Shown piece after piece: positions 46,770 to 56,597 of a stretch of DNA of 64,000 bases. The DNA lies in NCBI GenBank assembly GCA_963805625.1, contig CAWDVE010000014.1, positions 96,001 through 160,000 on the forward strand, given 5' to 3'. The notes below the pieces were generated by a model. The model worked only from the letters and a program-made list of their open reading frames with translations. It was not told where the DNA came from and searched no databases. Source of the DNA: an uncultured Candidatus Rokubacteria bacterium. Lineage in GTDB: Bacteria; Methylomirabilota; Methylomirabilia; Rokubacteriales; DASRDR01. Every line of letters starts with the position of its first letter. Position 1 is the first letter of the stretch. A program made the translations under genes and the position numbers.

Positions 46770-47924
46770 ATGAAGCCGGACGCCCTCCTCGAGCACTGCC
46801 GGCAGCTGATCGCCGAACCGCTTGGGAACGTCGCGCGCCAGTGGAAGGCCGGCCATCCGGATGGCCGGGCCGTCGCCGTCTACCCTGTGTGGGCCCCGGC
46901 CGAGCTGATCCACGCAGCGGGCATGCTGCCGCTGGCTCTTCTCGGCGGCGGGGCGTCAGTCGAGCTCACGCACGCGGACGCCCGATTTCAGTCCTTCGTC
47001 TGCTCGATCGCCAAGTCCTCGCTCGAGCTGGGCTTCCAGGGGCTCGTCAAGGGGGTCGACGGGTTCATCTTCTCGAACATCTGCGACGTCGCTCGGAACC
47101 TTGGGAGCATCTACCGGCGGAACTTCCCGGACGCCTTCGTGGAGTACCTGCACCTGCCGCAGAACTCGACCTCACCCGCCGTCGCCGGCTACACAGCCGC
47201 CGAGCTCCGTCGACTGGCGGACCGATTCGAGGAGGCTTTCGCGCTGCCGGTCACCGAGGCCGCGCTCGAGAAGAGCATCGAGACCTACAACGCGCTTCGC
47301 GCACGGCTACGCGCTCTCTACGCGTTCCGGATCGAGGAGCCGCAGAAGCTCTCCACGACCGAGCTCTACGCGATCCAGCGGGCAACGACGCTGGTCCCAC
47401 CCGAGGTAAGTCTCGGATGGCTCGATACCCTGCTGGCCGAGCTGCCTCTTCGCTCGGCCAAGCCGCGCGACCGGCTCCGCGTCGTGATCGAAGGCGCCTT
47501 CTGCGAGCAGCCGCCGCTTGGCCTCCTGGAGGTACTCGAGGAAGCCGGCTGTTACGTCGTGGAAGACGATCTCCTGCTCGGCTGGCGCTGGTTCACGGCC
47601 GACGTGGACGGAAGCGGAGATCCGTTCGGACGACTCGGGCGCGCCTACGTGGATCGCGCCGTTCCCTCCTCCACCCGCCACGAGAGCCGCGTTCATCGCG
47701 CCGACGGTCTCATCGAGAAGGTGCGCCGGTCCCGCGCCGACGCGGTCGTGTTCATGCCAGCCAAGTTCTGTGAGCCGGCCCTCTTCGACTACGTCCTCAT
47801 GAAGCAGGGACTGGACCGCGCCGGCATCCCGCATCTCCTGGTCGAGTTCGAGGAGAAGATGTGGACCTTCGAGCGAACCCGGAACGAGATCGAGACCTTC
47901 GTCGAGTCCATGCTGTTCGACTAG
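46770..47924 (+). CDS. bcrC: Benzoyl-CoA reductase subunit C (Thauera-type)
   Basis: ARQWK, ELIHAAGMLPL.LLGGG, QSFVC, ICDV.RNL, PQN, G.FCEQPPL, GCYVVEDD, FCEPAL. Confidence 0.82.
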   Translation: MKPDALLEHCRQLIAEPLGNVARQWKAGHPDGRAVAVYPVWAPAELIHAAGMLPLALLGGGASVELTHADARFQSFVCSIAKSSLELGFQGLVKGVDGFIFSNICDVARNLGSIYRRNFPDAFVEYLHLPQNSTSPAVAGYTAAELRRLADRFEEAFALPVTEAALEKSIETYNALRARLRALYAFRIEEPQKLSTTELYAIQRATTLVPPEVSLGWLDTLLAELPLRSAKPRDRLRVVIEGAFCEQPPLGLLEVLEEAGCYVVEDDLLLGWRWFTADVDGSGDPFGRLGRAYVDRAVPSSTRHESRVHRADGLIEKVRRSRADAVVFMPAKFCEPALFDYVLMKQGLDRAGIPHLLVEFEEKMWTFERTRNEIETFVESMLFD

Positions 47925-47942
47925 GAGCGGGGAGGACTGTTC

Positions 47943-49226
47943 ATGGCCACCGCCGCCACGACCCAGCCGGTCACCGAGCGCCAGTACCAGGGTCGGATCC
48001 ACGTGCGCTCGCGCCAGCTCATGCTGGACTGGATGCGAGAGCTCTCGCGCGCCGAAGCCGAAGGTCGGACGACAGGCGCGCTCATGATCTCGGGGAACTG
48101 TGTCGAGCTCCTGCGGGCCTGCCACGTCATCCCGATGTTCCCCGAGGTCGTCGCGCTCCAGAACGCGATCCGCCACAAATCGCTTCCACTGATCCTGAAG
48201 GCCGAGCAGGCGGGATACTCGAGCGACAACTGCGCCTACGTCAAGGCCGATGTCGGGCTCTTCCTGGACGGCGGGATGGGGCCCGGAAAGTCGATCCCCT
48301 TCCCCACGATCATCGTGTGCAACTACGTGGGCTGCAACGTCTACGTCAAGTGGTTCGAGCACCTGGCCGACCTGAGCGGCGCGCGGCTGTTCATGCTCGA
48401 CGTGCCCTTCGCCCGGACCGACGTACCGAGCCCCGAGGACGTCCGCTACGTGGTGAGCCAGCTCGAGGAGTTGATCGCCCTGTGCGAGGGCGTGACCGGA
48501 CGGAAGTTCGACATCGACGAGCTGCGGGAAGTCCTGGGCCACGCCGCCCGCGCCGAGGACGGCTACGCACGCTGCAAGCACCTCACGAAGCACCACCCCG
48601 CGCCGTTCGACTCCTACTTCGATTCGATCAACATGATGGGGCCGATCAACGTGCTCCGGGGCACTCCCGAAGCGGCCGGCTTCTTCGACGAGGCGGTGGC
48701 CGAGTTCGAGGGTCTGGTGGAGGCCGGGCTCGGTCCGCTCTCCGAGGAGCGCTTCCGTACCGTCATCGAGGGGCCGCCCCCCTACCCCTACTACCGGAGC
48801 TTCCGCAACCTCTTCACCCGCTGGGGCGCGGTGGCCGTTCAGTCGACCTACTCGACAGTCGGCGGGATCTGGGAGTTCGGGTTCCGCAAGGATCCACGCC
48901 GTCCGCTTGAATCGATCGCCGAGCAGATGCTCCGCGAGAACCTGACCAACCGCTCGATCGTCGCCCGCTACGGGCAGATCAAGCGGTACGTGGAGGAGTG
49001 GGAGGCCGACGCGCTCGTCATCCACTCCATCAAGTCATGCCGGCTCTTCTCCGCCGGGCAGGGCGACATGCGCGACTACTTCACGCGGGAGCTGGGCGTG
49101 CCGACGCTGATGGTGGAGTCCGACCTGGAGGATCCCCGGTACTACGCGGAAGCTCAGATCAAGAACCGGATCGACGCGTTCTTCGAGTCGCTCGAGCACA
49201 AGAAGGTCGTGGCAGGCGCGCGCTAG
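47943..49226 (+). CDS. bcrB: Benzoyl-CoA reductase subunit B
   Basis: CAYVKADVG, GC..YVKWFE, KFDIDELRE, VIEGPP, VGG.WEFGFR, SIKSCRLFSAGQ, ESDLEDPRY. Confidence 0.85.
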   Translation: MATAATTQPVTERQYQGRIHVRSRQLMLDWMRELSRAEAEGRTTGALMISGNCVELLRACHVIPMFPEVVALQNAIRHKSLPLILKAEQAGYSSDNCAYVKADVGLFLDGGMGPGKSIPFPTIIVCNYVGCNVYVKWFEHLADLSGARLFMLDVPFARTDVPSPEDVRYVVSQLEELIALCEGVTGRKFDIDELREVLGHAARAEDGYARCKHLTKHHPAPFDSYFDSINMMGPINVLRGTPEAAGFFDEAVAEFEGLVEAGLGPLSEERFRTVIEGPPPYPYYRSFRNLFTRWGAVAVQSTYSTVGGIWEFGFRKDPRRPLESIAEQMLRENLTNRSIVARYGQIKRYVEEWEADALVIHSIKSCRLFSAGQGDMRDYFTRELGVPTLMVESDLEDPRYYAEAQIKNRIDAFFESLEHKKVVAGAR

Positions 49227-49255
49227 GGCCTGAGGAAGGCGAGGAGCGCCCGGAC

Positions 49256-51991
49256 ATGGCGGGACCGAGCCCGGTGGTCGAGAGGATCCCCGTCTACTGC
49301 TACCAGTGCGTCGCCGGCCCCGACCTCCTGAAGGTCGTGGTCCGTGACGGCGTGGCGGTGGGGGTGGAGCCGAATCACGACGTCGCCGAGGTGCATCCCG
49401 CATGCGGCAAGGTCTGCGTCCGCGCCTACGGGCTGATCCACAAGCTCTACAACCCCGCGCGTGTCACGACGCCGATGCGCCGGACGAACCCACGGAAGGG
49501 CCGCCACGAGGACCCGGGCTGGGTGCCGATCTCGTGGGACGACGCGCTCGGGATCCTGACCGTCCGGCTCCGGGCCATCCGCGGTCGCGGGCTCGTCGAC
49601 GAGGCCGGCTATCCGCGCCTGGCGGCCACGTTCGGCGCGGGCGGCATCGCCCCGGCCTACCTCGGCACCTTCGCCGCTTTCCTGGCGGCGTGGGGGCCCG
49701 TGGACCAGGGCATCGGCAGCGGCCAGGGCGTCAAGTGCTACCACTCAGAGCACCTCTACGGGGAGTTCTGGCACCGCGCCTTCACCGTCGCGGCCGACGT
49801 GCCCCGATCGGACCTGGTTCTCTCCTTCGGATACAACGGCGACGCCTCCGGCGGGGTGACGGGGGTCTTTCGTCACGCCGAGGCGCGAGCGCGAGGTCTC
49901 CGTTGGATCCAGCTCGAGCCGCACCTGTCGGTCACCGGGGCTGGCGCCGAGGAGTGGGTGCCGATCCGTCCCAAGACCGACGCGGCCGTCCTGCTCGCGC
50001 TTCTGCACGTGATCCTCCTCGAGCACGACTGGCGCGCGGTCTGCGACGTCCCGTTCCTGACTGCAATGACCAGCTCGCCGTATCTGGTTTCCTCGGGCGG
50101 CCACTACCTCCGCGATCCCTCGACCGACAAACCCCTCGTCTGGGATCTGGACCGGGATCGTCCAGTCCCGTTCGACGATCCTGCCTGCCGGCAGCCCGCG
50201 ATGGACGGGAGCTACCTCGCCGCCGGGGTCGAGGTAGGCGCCGACGGCGCGCGCCGAACCGTCGCGGAGCGCGTGCGGCCCGCCTTCGTCCACCTCGTCG
50301 ACCACGTGCGGCCGTACACGCCGGAGTGGGCCGCCGCGATCGCCGACGTGCCAGCCGCGACGATCCGCCGACTGGCCGAGGCCTACCTGCGCCACGCGCG
50401 GGTCGGGGCGACGATCGAGCTCGACGGGGTGAGCTACCCGCACCGTCCCGTGGCAATCGTCCTCGGCAAGACCGTGACGAACGGGTGGGGCGGCTACGAG
50501 TGCTGCTGGGCCCGCACCGTGCTGGCGGGGCTGGTCGGAGCCCTGGAGGTGCCGGGAGGGATCGTGGGCACCACCGTGCGGCTGAACCGGCCGGCCCAGA
50601 ACCGCCTCGACTCGGTCCGCCCCGGCCTCGACGGATTCATGGAGCAGCCGGTGAACGCCACAGGCAAGGACACCTGGGCCAGCGCGCCCCACGTCCGGAA
50701 CGCGTACCGGACGCTCGTCCCCCTCGCCGGCGACTCTCCGTGGTCACCCGCGCTCGGTCCGGCTCACCTGCCCTGGTTGTTCCTCGACGAGCCGCCCGAT
50801 CGCTGGCCGGCGCCGACGCTGCCAGACGTGTGGATCATCTACCGCACGAACCCGGCCATCTCCAACTGGGATACTGGGCGCATCGAGCGCGAGCTCGAGC
50901 GCTTCCCCTTCGTGGCCGCCTTCGCGTACACGCAGGACGAGACGAACTGGTACGCGGACCTGCTTCTCCCGGAGGCGACGGACCTCGAATCGCTTCAGCT
51001 CTACCGGATCGGCGGCACCAAGTACATCGAGCAGTTCTGGCAGCACACGGGATGGGCGCTCCGCCAGCCGGTGCTGTCGGCGGGAAGCGGACCCGCCGAC
51101 ACGCGCGACCTCACGGACATCGCCACCGAGCTGGCCGCGCGCGTCGGTGTCCTCGACGAGTATCTCGCGGCCCTCAACCGGGGCTCCGGCACCACCGTGT
51201 CGCTGCGGGGCGAGGGGTACGACTTCAGGCTCCCCCCCGGCTCCCGCCCATCGGCGGCAGAGATCTGGGACCGTGTATGCCGCGCCGCCACCCGGTCGCT
51301 CTCCGGCGGCGGCGTGGAGCACGACCTCACCTGGTTCCGTGAGCATGGGGCCTTCTTCGTGCCGTTCGAGACGGGCCGCTACTACCTGCACACCACGATG
51401 GCCGCCAAGGGCCTGCGGTACGAGCTGCCCTACCAGGAGCGGATCCTGCGGATGGGCGAGGAGCTCCGCGCGAGGCTCCACGAGCGTGGCATCGTGTGGT
51501 GGGATGCCCAGCTGGAGGAGTACCAGCCGCTGCCCCGCTGGAAGGACTTTCCCGCGATCTGGCAGGCAACGGCCCGGGCCAACGGAAGAGACCCAAAGGA
51601 CTTTCCCTTCTGGCTCCTCACGAGCCGCTCGATGCAGTACTCCTGGGGCTCGAACGTGTCGCTGCCGATCCTCGCCGACGTGGCGCGCCACGTGACTGGC
51701 CACTTCGGCATCATCCTGAACCGCGGGTCGGCCCGGCGCCTCGGCGTCGGGGACGGAGACCTCGTCGAGATCGAATCGCCGACCGGCCGGACACACGGGC
51801 GTGCGATCCTCCGGGAGGGAGTGCGCCCGGACGTCGCCGTCATCCTCCAGCAGTTCGGCCACTGGGCCACGCCGTTCGCCCGGGACCTCGGGATGCCCAG
51901 CCTGAACCAGGTCGCGACCATGGACCTGGCGCTCACCGACGCCACCGGGAGTGGGGCGGACCTCGTCCCCGTGGCAATCCGGAGGGCGTGA
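49256..51991 (+). CDS. padB: Phenylacetyl-CoA:acceptor oxidoreductase molybdopterin subunit
   Basis: YCYQCVAGPDLL, GKVCV.AYGLI.K.YNP, RTNPRKGRHEDPG, GSGQGVKCYHSEHLYGEFWHRAF; no Tat signal. Confidence 0.8.
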   Translation: MAGPSPVVERIPVYCYQCVAGPDLLKVVVRDGVAVGVEPNHDVAEVHPACGKVCVRAYGLIHKLYNPARVTTPMRRTNPRKGRHEDPGWVPISWDDALGILTVRLRAIRGRGLVDEAGYPRLAATFGAGGIAPAYLGTFAAFLAAWGPVDQGIGSGQGVKCYHSEHLYGEFWHRAFTVAADVPRSDLVLSFGYNGDASGGVTGVFRHAEARARGLRWIQLEPHLSVTGAGAEEWVPIRPKTDAAVLLALLHVILLEHDWRAVCDVPFLTAMTSSPYLVSSGGHYLRDPSTDKPLVWDLDRDRPVPFDDPACRQPAMDGSYLAAGVEVGADGARRTVAERVRPAFVHLVDHVRPYTPEWAAAIADVPAATIRRLAEAYLRHARVGATIELDGVSYPHRPVAIVLGKTVTNGWGGYECCWARTVLAGLVGALEVPGGIVGTTVRLNRPAQNRLDSVRPGLDGFMEQPVNATGKDTWASAPHVRNAYRTLVPLAGDSPWSPALGPAHLPWLFLDEPPDRWPAPTLPDVWIIYRTNPAISNWDTGRIERELERFPFVAAFAYTQDETNWYADLLLPEATDLESLQLYRIGGTKYIEQFWQHTGWALRQPVLSAGSGPADTRDLTDIATELAARVGVLDEYLAALNRGSGTTVSLRGEGYDFRLPPGSRPSAAEIWDRVCRAATRSLSGGGVEHDLTWFREHGAFFVPFETGRYYLHTTMAAKGLRYELPYQERILRMGEELRARLHERGIVWWDAQLEEYQPLPRWKDFPAIWQATARANGRDPKDFPFWLLTSRSMQYSWGSNVSLPILADVARHVTGHFGIILNRGSARRLGVGDGDLVEIESPTGRTHGRAILREGVRPDVAVILQQFGHWATPFARDLGMPSLNQVATMDLALTDATGSGADLVPVAIRRA

Positions 51992-51992
51992 C

Positions 51993-52628
51993 ATGCGCTG
52001 GGGCATGGTGATCGACCTCGGCCGTTGCGTCGGCTGCCAGACCTGCACGATCGCCTGCAAGCAGGAGCACGGGCTGCCGGCGGGGACGTCCTGGCGCTTC
52101 GTCGCCGACTGCGAGGTGGGTGCGTACCCCGACGTCCGGCGCGTGTTCTTGCCGATGCAGTGCATGCATTGCGCCGAGCCACCGTGCGTTCCGGTGTGCC
52201 CGACCGGCGCCTCACGCCAGCGCGAGGACGGGATCGTCTGGGTCGCCTACGACGCGTGCGTCGGCTGCGGCTATTGCGCGATGGCGTGCCCGTACCGGGC
52301 GCGCCACCTCGTGCACGAAGCCGATCCCTATTTCGCCGAGCCGATTCCGCCCGAGCGGCTCAGCGTCCCGCCCGAGCGCCGGGGCGTCATGACCAAGTGC
52401 ACCTTCTGCAAGGAGCGGGTGGACGACGGCCGGGCCCGGGGCCTCCGGCCCGGGGTGGATCCCGACGCCACACCGATGTGCGCGGTGGCATGCATCACCG
52501 GCGCGATCGTCTTCGGCGACCTCGACGATGCCGGCAGCGCCGTCGCGAAGCTTCTCGCCCAGGGCGATGCCGTCCCGTTGCTGCCCGAGTGCGGCACCGC
52601 ACCCTCTGTGTTCTACCGGACGAGGTGA
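51993..52628 (+). CDS. padC: 4Fe-4S subunit of phenylacetyl-CoA:acceptor oxidoreductase
   Basis: CVGCQTCTIAC, CMHCAEPPCVPVCP, CVGCGYCAMACP, KCTFC..PGVDPDATP.C. Confidence 0.82.
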   Translation: MRWGMVIDLGRCVGCQTCTIACKQEHGLPAGTSWRFVADCEVGAYPDVRRVFLPMQCMHCAEPPCVPVCPTGASRQREDGIVWVAYDACVGCGYCAMACPYRARHLVHEADPYFAEPIPPERLSVPPERRGVMTKCTFCKERVDDGRARGLRPGVDPDATPMCAVACITGAIVFGDLDDAGSAVAKLLAQGDAVPLLPECGTAPSVFYRTR

Positions 52629-52632
52629 GCAA

Positions 52633-53532
52633 ATGGGCCCAATCGCCGCACGGCCACTGGAGGGCCCGGCACACGAGAGCCGGATACCCCTACTCCCGCC
52701 GATCGCCCAGGCCCTCTGGGGCTGGCCCGCCGTCCTTAACTTCGCCCTGGGGGGGCTCGGCGCCGGCCTCTACGTCATGGCGGCCGTGACCGCCGGATTC
52801 GCCCCGTCGCCGGCGCTCCGGATCGCCGCGTGGCTCGGGCCGCTCCTCGTCCTCGGAGGCTTTGGCGCCGTCGCCACGGAGGCCGGCCGCCCCTTCCGCG
52901 GTCCGCGTGTCCTCGCGCGCGTCCGGACTTCGTGGATGTCGCGCGAGCTCTGGCTCGGCGGCGTCTTCACGGTCCTCGCTGCCGGCGGCCTTCTCCTCGA
53001 GGAAACAATTCTGCGCGCCCTGGCGGCCGCCGCAGGGGCCGCTCTCGCGCTGGCCCAGGGGCAGATCCTGCGGCACGCCCGGGGCGTGATGGTCTGGGCG
53101 GTGCCCCCGATGCCGTTCGTCTTCCTCACCTCAGCCCTCGTCTCCGGCTCGGGCCTGCTCATCGTGCTGGAGGCGGGGAACGGGTCATCGCTGGACCAGC
53201 TACTCGGAGCGGCTCTCACCGTCCTGATCGTGCACGTCTGCGCCTGGTCGGTGCTCGTCAGCTGGTCGCATGACGGGGCGTTCCGCCAAGGTGTCCGCCC
53301 ACTCCGCGAGGGGCCGAGTGCCCTGGTCATCGTCGTCGGAGGCTATGTCCTCCCGTCACTGCTCGCCGCCCTCGCCATCGCTCTGCCCCGGCTCGGGCCG
53401 TCCCTCGCGGCCGCCGCCGGCGCTCTGATGGCCGCCGGTCAGGTCTTTGCGAAGGCCGCCGTCATCCTGAAGGCGGGTCAGCTCAGACCGGTCTCGCTCA
53501 CGCTGCCGCCGCTCCAGAGGAGGTCACCATGA
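52633..53532 (+). CDS. padD: DmsC/NrfD-type membrane anchor
   Basis: [32 protein letters not shown]; multiple TM. Confidence 0.75.
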   Translation: MGPIAARPLEGPAHESRIPLLPPIAQALWGWPAVLNFALGGLGAGLYVMAAVTAGFAPSPALRIAAWLGPLLVLGGFGAVATEAGRPFRGPRVLARVRTSWMSRELWLGGVFTVLAAGGLLLEETILRALAAAAGAALALAQGQILRHARGVMVWAVPPMPFVFLTSALVSGSGLLIVLEAGNGSSLDQLLGAALTVLIVHVCAWSVLVSWSHDGAFRQGVRPLREGPSALVIVVGGYVLPSLLAALAIALPRLGPSLAAAAGALMAAGQVFAKAAVILKAGQLRPVSLTLPPLQRRSP

Positions 53533-54344
53533 TCGCCGGCGCCGGAGTCGACGTGGGTTCGACCCAGACCAAGGCCGTCATCATCGACGGCGCGCGCCGG
53601 ATCGTGGCGCGAACCCTGATCGCAACGGGGGCGAACGTCTCCCGCGCCGGTGAGCGCGCGTTCATCGCCGCCTGCGAGACCGCGGGGCTTCCGCGCGAGG
53701 CGGTGAGCTACGTCGTCGGTACCGGCTACGGCCGCTACAAGGTGACGTTCGGCGACGCCCAGATCACCGAGATCACCTGCCATGCCCGGGGCGCACACTT
53801 CCTCTTCCCCGGGTCGCGAACCGTGATCGACATGGGCGGCCAGGACACGAAGGCGATCCGCGTGAACCCGGACGGCTCCGTGATGGACTTCTCGATGAAC
53901 GACAAGTGCGCGGCCGGCACCGGTCGCTTCCTGTCCGCGGCGGCCGACGTCACGGGCATCGGCCTCGACGAGATCGGGCCCGTGTCCCTCAAGGCCAAGG
54001 CGCCGGTGCGGCTCACGTCGGTCTGCACGGTCTTCGTCGAGTCCGACATCATGTCCTACCTCGCCCAGCGGAAGACGGTTGAGGACATCCTGGGCGGGGT
54101 CCACAAGGCGATCGCCACGCGGACGATGTCACTGGTCCGGCGCGTGGGCGTCGAGGACGAAGTCACGTTCACGGGCGGCGTCTCTCGCAACGTCGGCATG
54201 GTCCGGGCACTCGAGAACGTCCTCGGGCGGCCTCTCAACGTGAGCCCGGACGGCCACTTCATTGGGGCGCTCGGAGCGGCCCTCTTCGCTCTCGAGCGGG
54301 CCGAGGCCGCGGCCGGCGCCGTCGTCCCGGCAGGAGGGAGCTGA
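53529..54344 (+). CDS. bcrA: Benzoyl-CoA reductase ATPase subunit (short BcrA-like, ASKHA fold)
   Basis: [48 protein letters not shown]. Confidence 0.72.
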   Translation: MIAGAGVDVGSTQTKAVIIDGARRIVARTLIATGANVSRAGERAFIAACETAGLPREAVSYVVGTGYGRYKVTFGDAQITEITCHARGAHFLFPGSRTVIDMGGQDTKAIRVNPDGSVMDFSMNDKCAAGTGRFLSAAADVTGIGLDEIGPVSLKAKAPVRLTSVCTVFVESDIMSYLAQRKTVEDILGGVHKAIATRTMSLVRRVGVEDEVTFTGGVSRNVGMVRALENVLGRPLNVSPDGHFIGALGAALFALERAEAAAGAVVPAGGS

Positions 54345-54347
54345 GTC

Positions 54348-55148
54348 ATGGTGGTCGCCGGTATCGACCTCGGGTCAGGCACCACGAAGTGCGTGCTCGT
54401 CGACGGCGAGCGGATGGTGCGCGGGCACGGCATCGTCCGGACCAAGGCCGACTTCGAGAAGGTCGCCCGGGAGGTCCTCGATGCGGCGCTGGCGGACGCG
54501 GGCCTCTCGTCCGAGGCGGTCGCCTACACGGCGACTACCGGCCTCGGCCGCAGCGCGATCCCATTTCGCGACATCCAGATCACCGACCTCACCTGCGGGG
54601 CGCGGGGAGCGGCGACCCTGTTTCCCGCCACGCGCTTCGTCCTCGACATCGGGGCCCAGTGCTCGCGCGCGATCCGACTCCGCGACGGCGGCAAGGTCAA
54701 GGAGTTCCACATGAACGAGAAATGCGCAGCGGGATCGGGCGGCTTTCTCGAGCGGGCAGCCAAGTATCTCGAGGTGACGGTCGCCGACATCGGCCCCCTG
54801 TCGCTCGCCGCAGCACAACCCCAGCCGATCTCGAGCGTCTGCGCGGTTCTCGCCGAGTCCGAGATCATCAACCACATCTCGGAGGGCGTGGCGGTGGAGA
54901 ACATTCTCCGGGGGATCCACGACTCCCTGGCCGACCGGGCGCTGTCCCTACTCAAGCGCGTGGGGCTCGACGGGGATGTCACCCTCATCGGGGGCGTGGC
55001 GCTCCAGGCCGGCATGGTCGCGGCGCTCCGGGACAAGCTCGGCGTGATGGTCAACGTGCCCGACGAGCCTCAGCTGACCACCGCTCTCGGCGCCGCCGTC
55101 CTCGGTCTCCAGCGCCTGCAGCGGCTCGGCGCCCCGGCGGCAGCCTGA
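54348..55148 (+). CDS. bcrD: Benzoyl-CoA reductase ATPase subunit D
   Basis: AGIDLGSG, ATTG, VLDIGA..RAIR, CAAGSG.FLE, SSVCAVLAE, NILRGIH. Confidence 0.8.
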   Translation: MVVAGIDLGSGTTKCVLVDGERMVRGHGIVRTKADFEKVAREVLDAALADAGLSSEAVAYTATTGLGRSAIPFRDIQITDLTCGARGAATLFPATRFVLDIGAQCSRAIRLRDGGKVKEFHMNEKCAAGSGGFLERAAKYLEVTVADIGPLSLAAAQPQPISSVCAVLAESEIINHISEGVAVENILRGIHDSLADRALSLLKRVGLDGDVTLIGGVALQAGMVAALRDKLGVMVNVPDEPQLTTALGAAVLGLQRLQRLGAPAAA

Positions 55149-55188
55149 CGGACTGGACCGATTGGGCAAGGACGAAAGCGAGGGAGCC

Positions 55189-55635
55189 ATGAGCCGCGCG
55201 GACGTGATGGTGCGCCCCCTGGAGCCGACCGACATCGACGCCATCGTGACGATCGACGAGAAGCTCTCGGGTCAGACGCGGAAGGACTACTGGCAGCGGC
55301 GGATCGAGATCGCGAGCCTCCGGCCGCCCTGGATGTCGATGGTGGCGGAAACGGACGGCCGGGTCGCCGGCTTCCTCTTCGGCTGGGTCGGCGAATCGGA
55401 GTTCGGGATCCCCCAACGTACCGGGTGGGTCGACCTGATCGGGGTCGACCCGGCCTACCGCAGTCGGGGCGTCGCCCACGCCCTCCTCGACCGGTTCGTC
55501 GAGAGCGGCCGGGAGCTCCGGGCGCTCGAACGGGTCGCTACCCTCATCGACCTCGGCCAGGTAGACGTCCGCGAGTTCTTCCTGCGCCAGGGCTTCCAGC
55601 CCGGGCGGATGGTCCAGCTGGAGCGCGCGGTGTGA
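55189..55635 (+). CDS. GNAT acetyltransferase (BadL-like context)
   Basis: VRPLEPTDIDAIVTIDE, VAETDGRVAGFL, IGVDPAYRSRGVA. Confidence 0.85.
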   Translation: MSRADVMVRPLEPTDIDAIVTIDEKLSGQTRKDYWQRRIEIASLRPPWMSMVAETDGRVAGFLFGWVGESEFGIPQRTGWVDLIGVDPAYRSRGVAHALLDRFVESGRELRALERVATLIDLGQVDVREFFLRQGFQPGRMVQLERAV

Positions 55636-55825
55636 CGCCGGCCGATGTGATCGCGGTCATACCCCGGCCGCCAGGCTCCGGCCATCCTGGACGCGTGACC
55701 ACCGTCCACGTGCTCCCGCCAACAAGAAGGCTGAGGCTTCCCTTCACCGCGGCCACCGACAGTCCGTGAACGCCGTGCGCGTCATGGGCCCCGCGAGCCC
55801 CACGCGCTAGGAAGGAGCCCGCCCC

Positions 55826-55969
55826 GTGAACGGGGTCATCGACTACTGGTGCAACATCTTCACCCCCGAGGGGATCCGGGCGAGCTTCACCGAGCAGCCG
55901 GAGCTGGCGGAGGTCTTAAGCTCTGAGCGGCCGGATGAGGGCGGTGACGTGCTGGCTTCCACGAGCTGA
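55826..55969 (+). pseudogene. Truncated amidohydrolase-like N-terminus
   Basis: GAAGGAG RBS, MNGVIDYWCNIFTPEGIRASFTEQPELAEV, then unrelated sequence and a stop after 47 aa. Confidence 0.55.
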
Positions 55970-56018
55970 CGATGGGGGCTGACGACGGCGCCGTCCCCAG
56001 AAAGGGGGTCGTCCCACC

Positions 56019-56597
56019 ATGTCCTGTCACCTCCACCTGAAGCGCCCGGCCACGGCCCAGGCCGGCCAGGCGACCGCGGACCTTCGGGACGAGCACGAGG
56101 TGATCCTTCAGGCGCTCGCCGTGCTCGAGCGGGTCGCCAGCCGCCTCGCGTCCGGCCAACCCGTAAGCGACTCGACGCTGGCCGAGCTCGTCCAGTTCCT
56201 GCAGACATTCGCCGACCGCTGCCACCACGGCAAGGAGGAAGACCAACTCTTCCCCGCCATGCGGGCCAAGGGTGTCGGAGACACCCTTGCCGTCTTCAAG
56301 GAAGAACACGAGGAAGGGCGGCGCTACCTCCGCACCATCGCGAGCGGCGCCTCCAACGCCGAGCGGGCGGCTGCGGCGCGTCGCTATGTCGCCATGCTGC
56401 AAGGCCACATCGAACGCGAGAACGAGGTCCTGTTTCCTATGGCCGATGGGCTCTTCACCGCCGAGGAGCACGGCGCCCTGGCGCGCGCATACGAGGACGT
56501 GGAGCGCCAGGTCGCGGGCGCCGGCGCCCACGAGAGGCTCCTGACCACGCTGGCCCGGCTCGACGCCGCCGTGCCGCGGGACCGGGCCACGCCATGA
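56019..56597 (+). CDS. Hemerythrin (HHE) domain protein
   Basis: DEHEVI, DRCHHGKEEDQLFP, EEHEEGR, GHIERENEVLFP. Confidence 0.92.
   Translation: MSCHLHLKRPATAQAGQATADLRDEHEVILQALAVLERVASRLASGQPVSDSTLAELVQFLQTFADRCHHGKEEDQLFPAMRAKGVGDTLAVFKEEHEEGRRYLRTIASGASNAERAAAARRYVAMLQGHIERENEVLFPMADGLFTAEEHGALARAYEDVERQVAGAGAHERLLTTLARLDAAVPRDRATP

Noticed and set aside
46770-49226. 2-hydroxyacyl-CoA dehydratase (HgdAB) instead of BCR
   Set aside because: BcrC/BcrB-specific motifs, two distinct ATPase subunits and adjacent dch and pad genes favour benzoyl-CoA reductase
55826-55839. Fourth copy of the operator (GTGAA-CGGG-GTCAT)
   Set aside because: Mismatched, and it coincides with the first codons of a truncated gene
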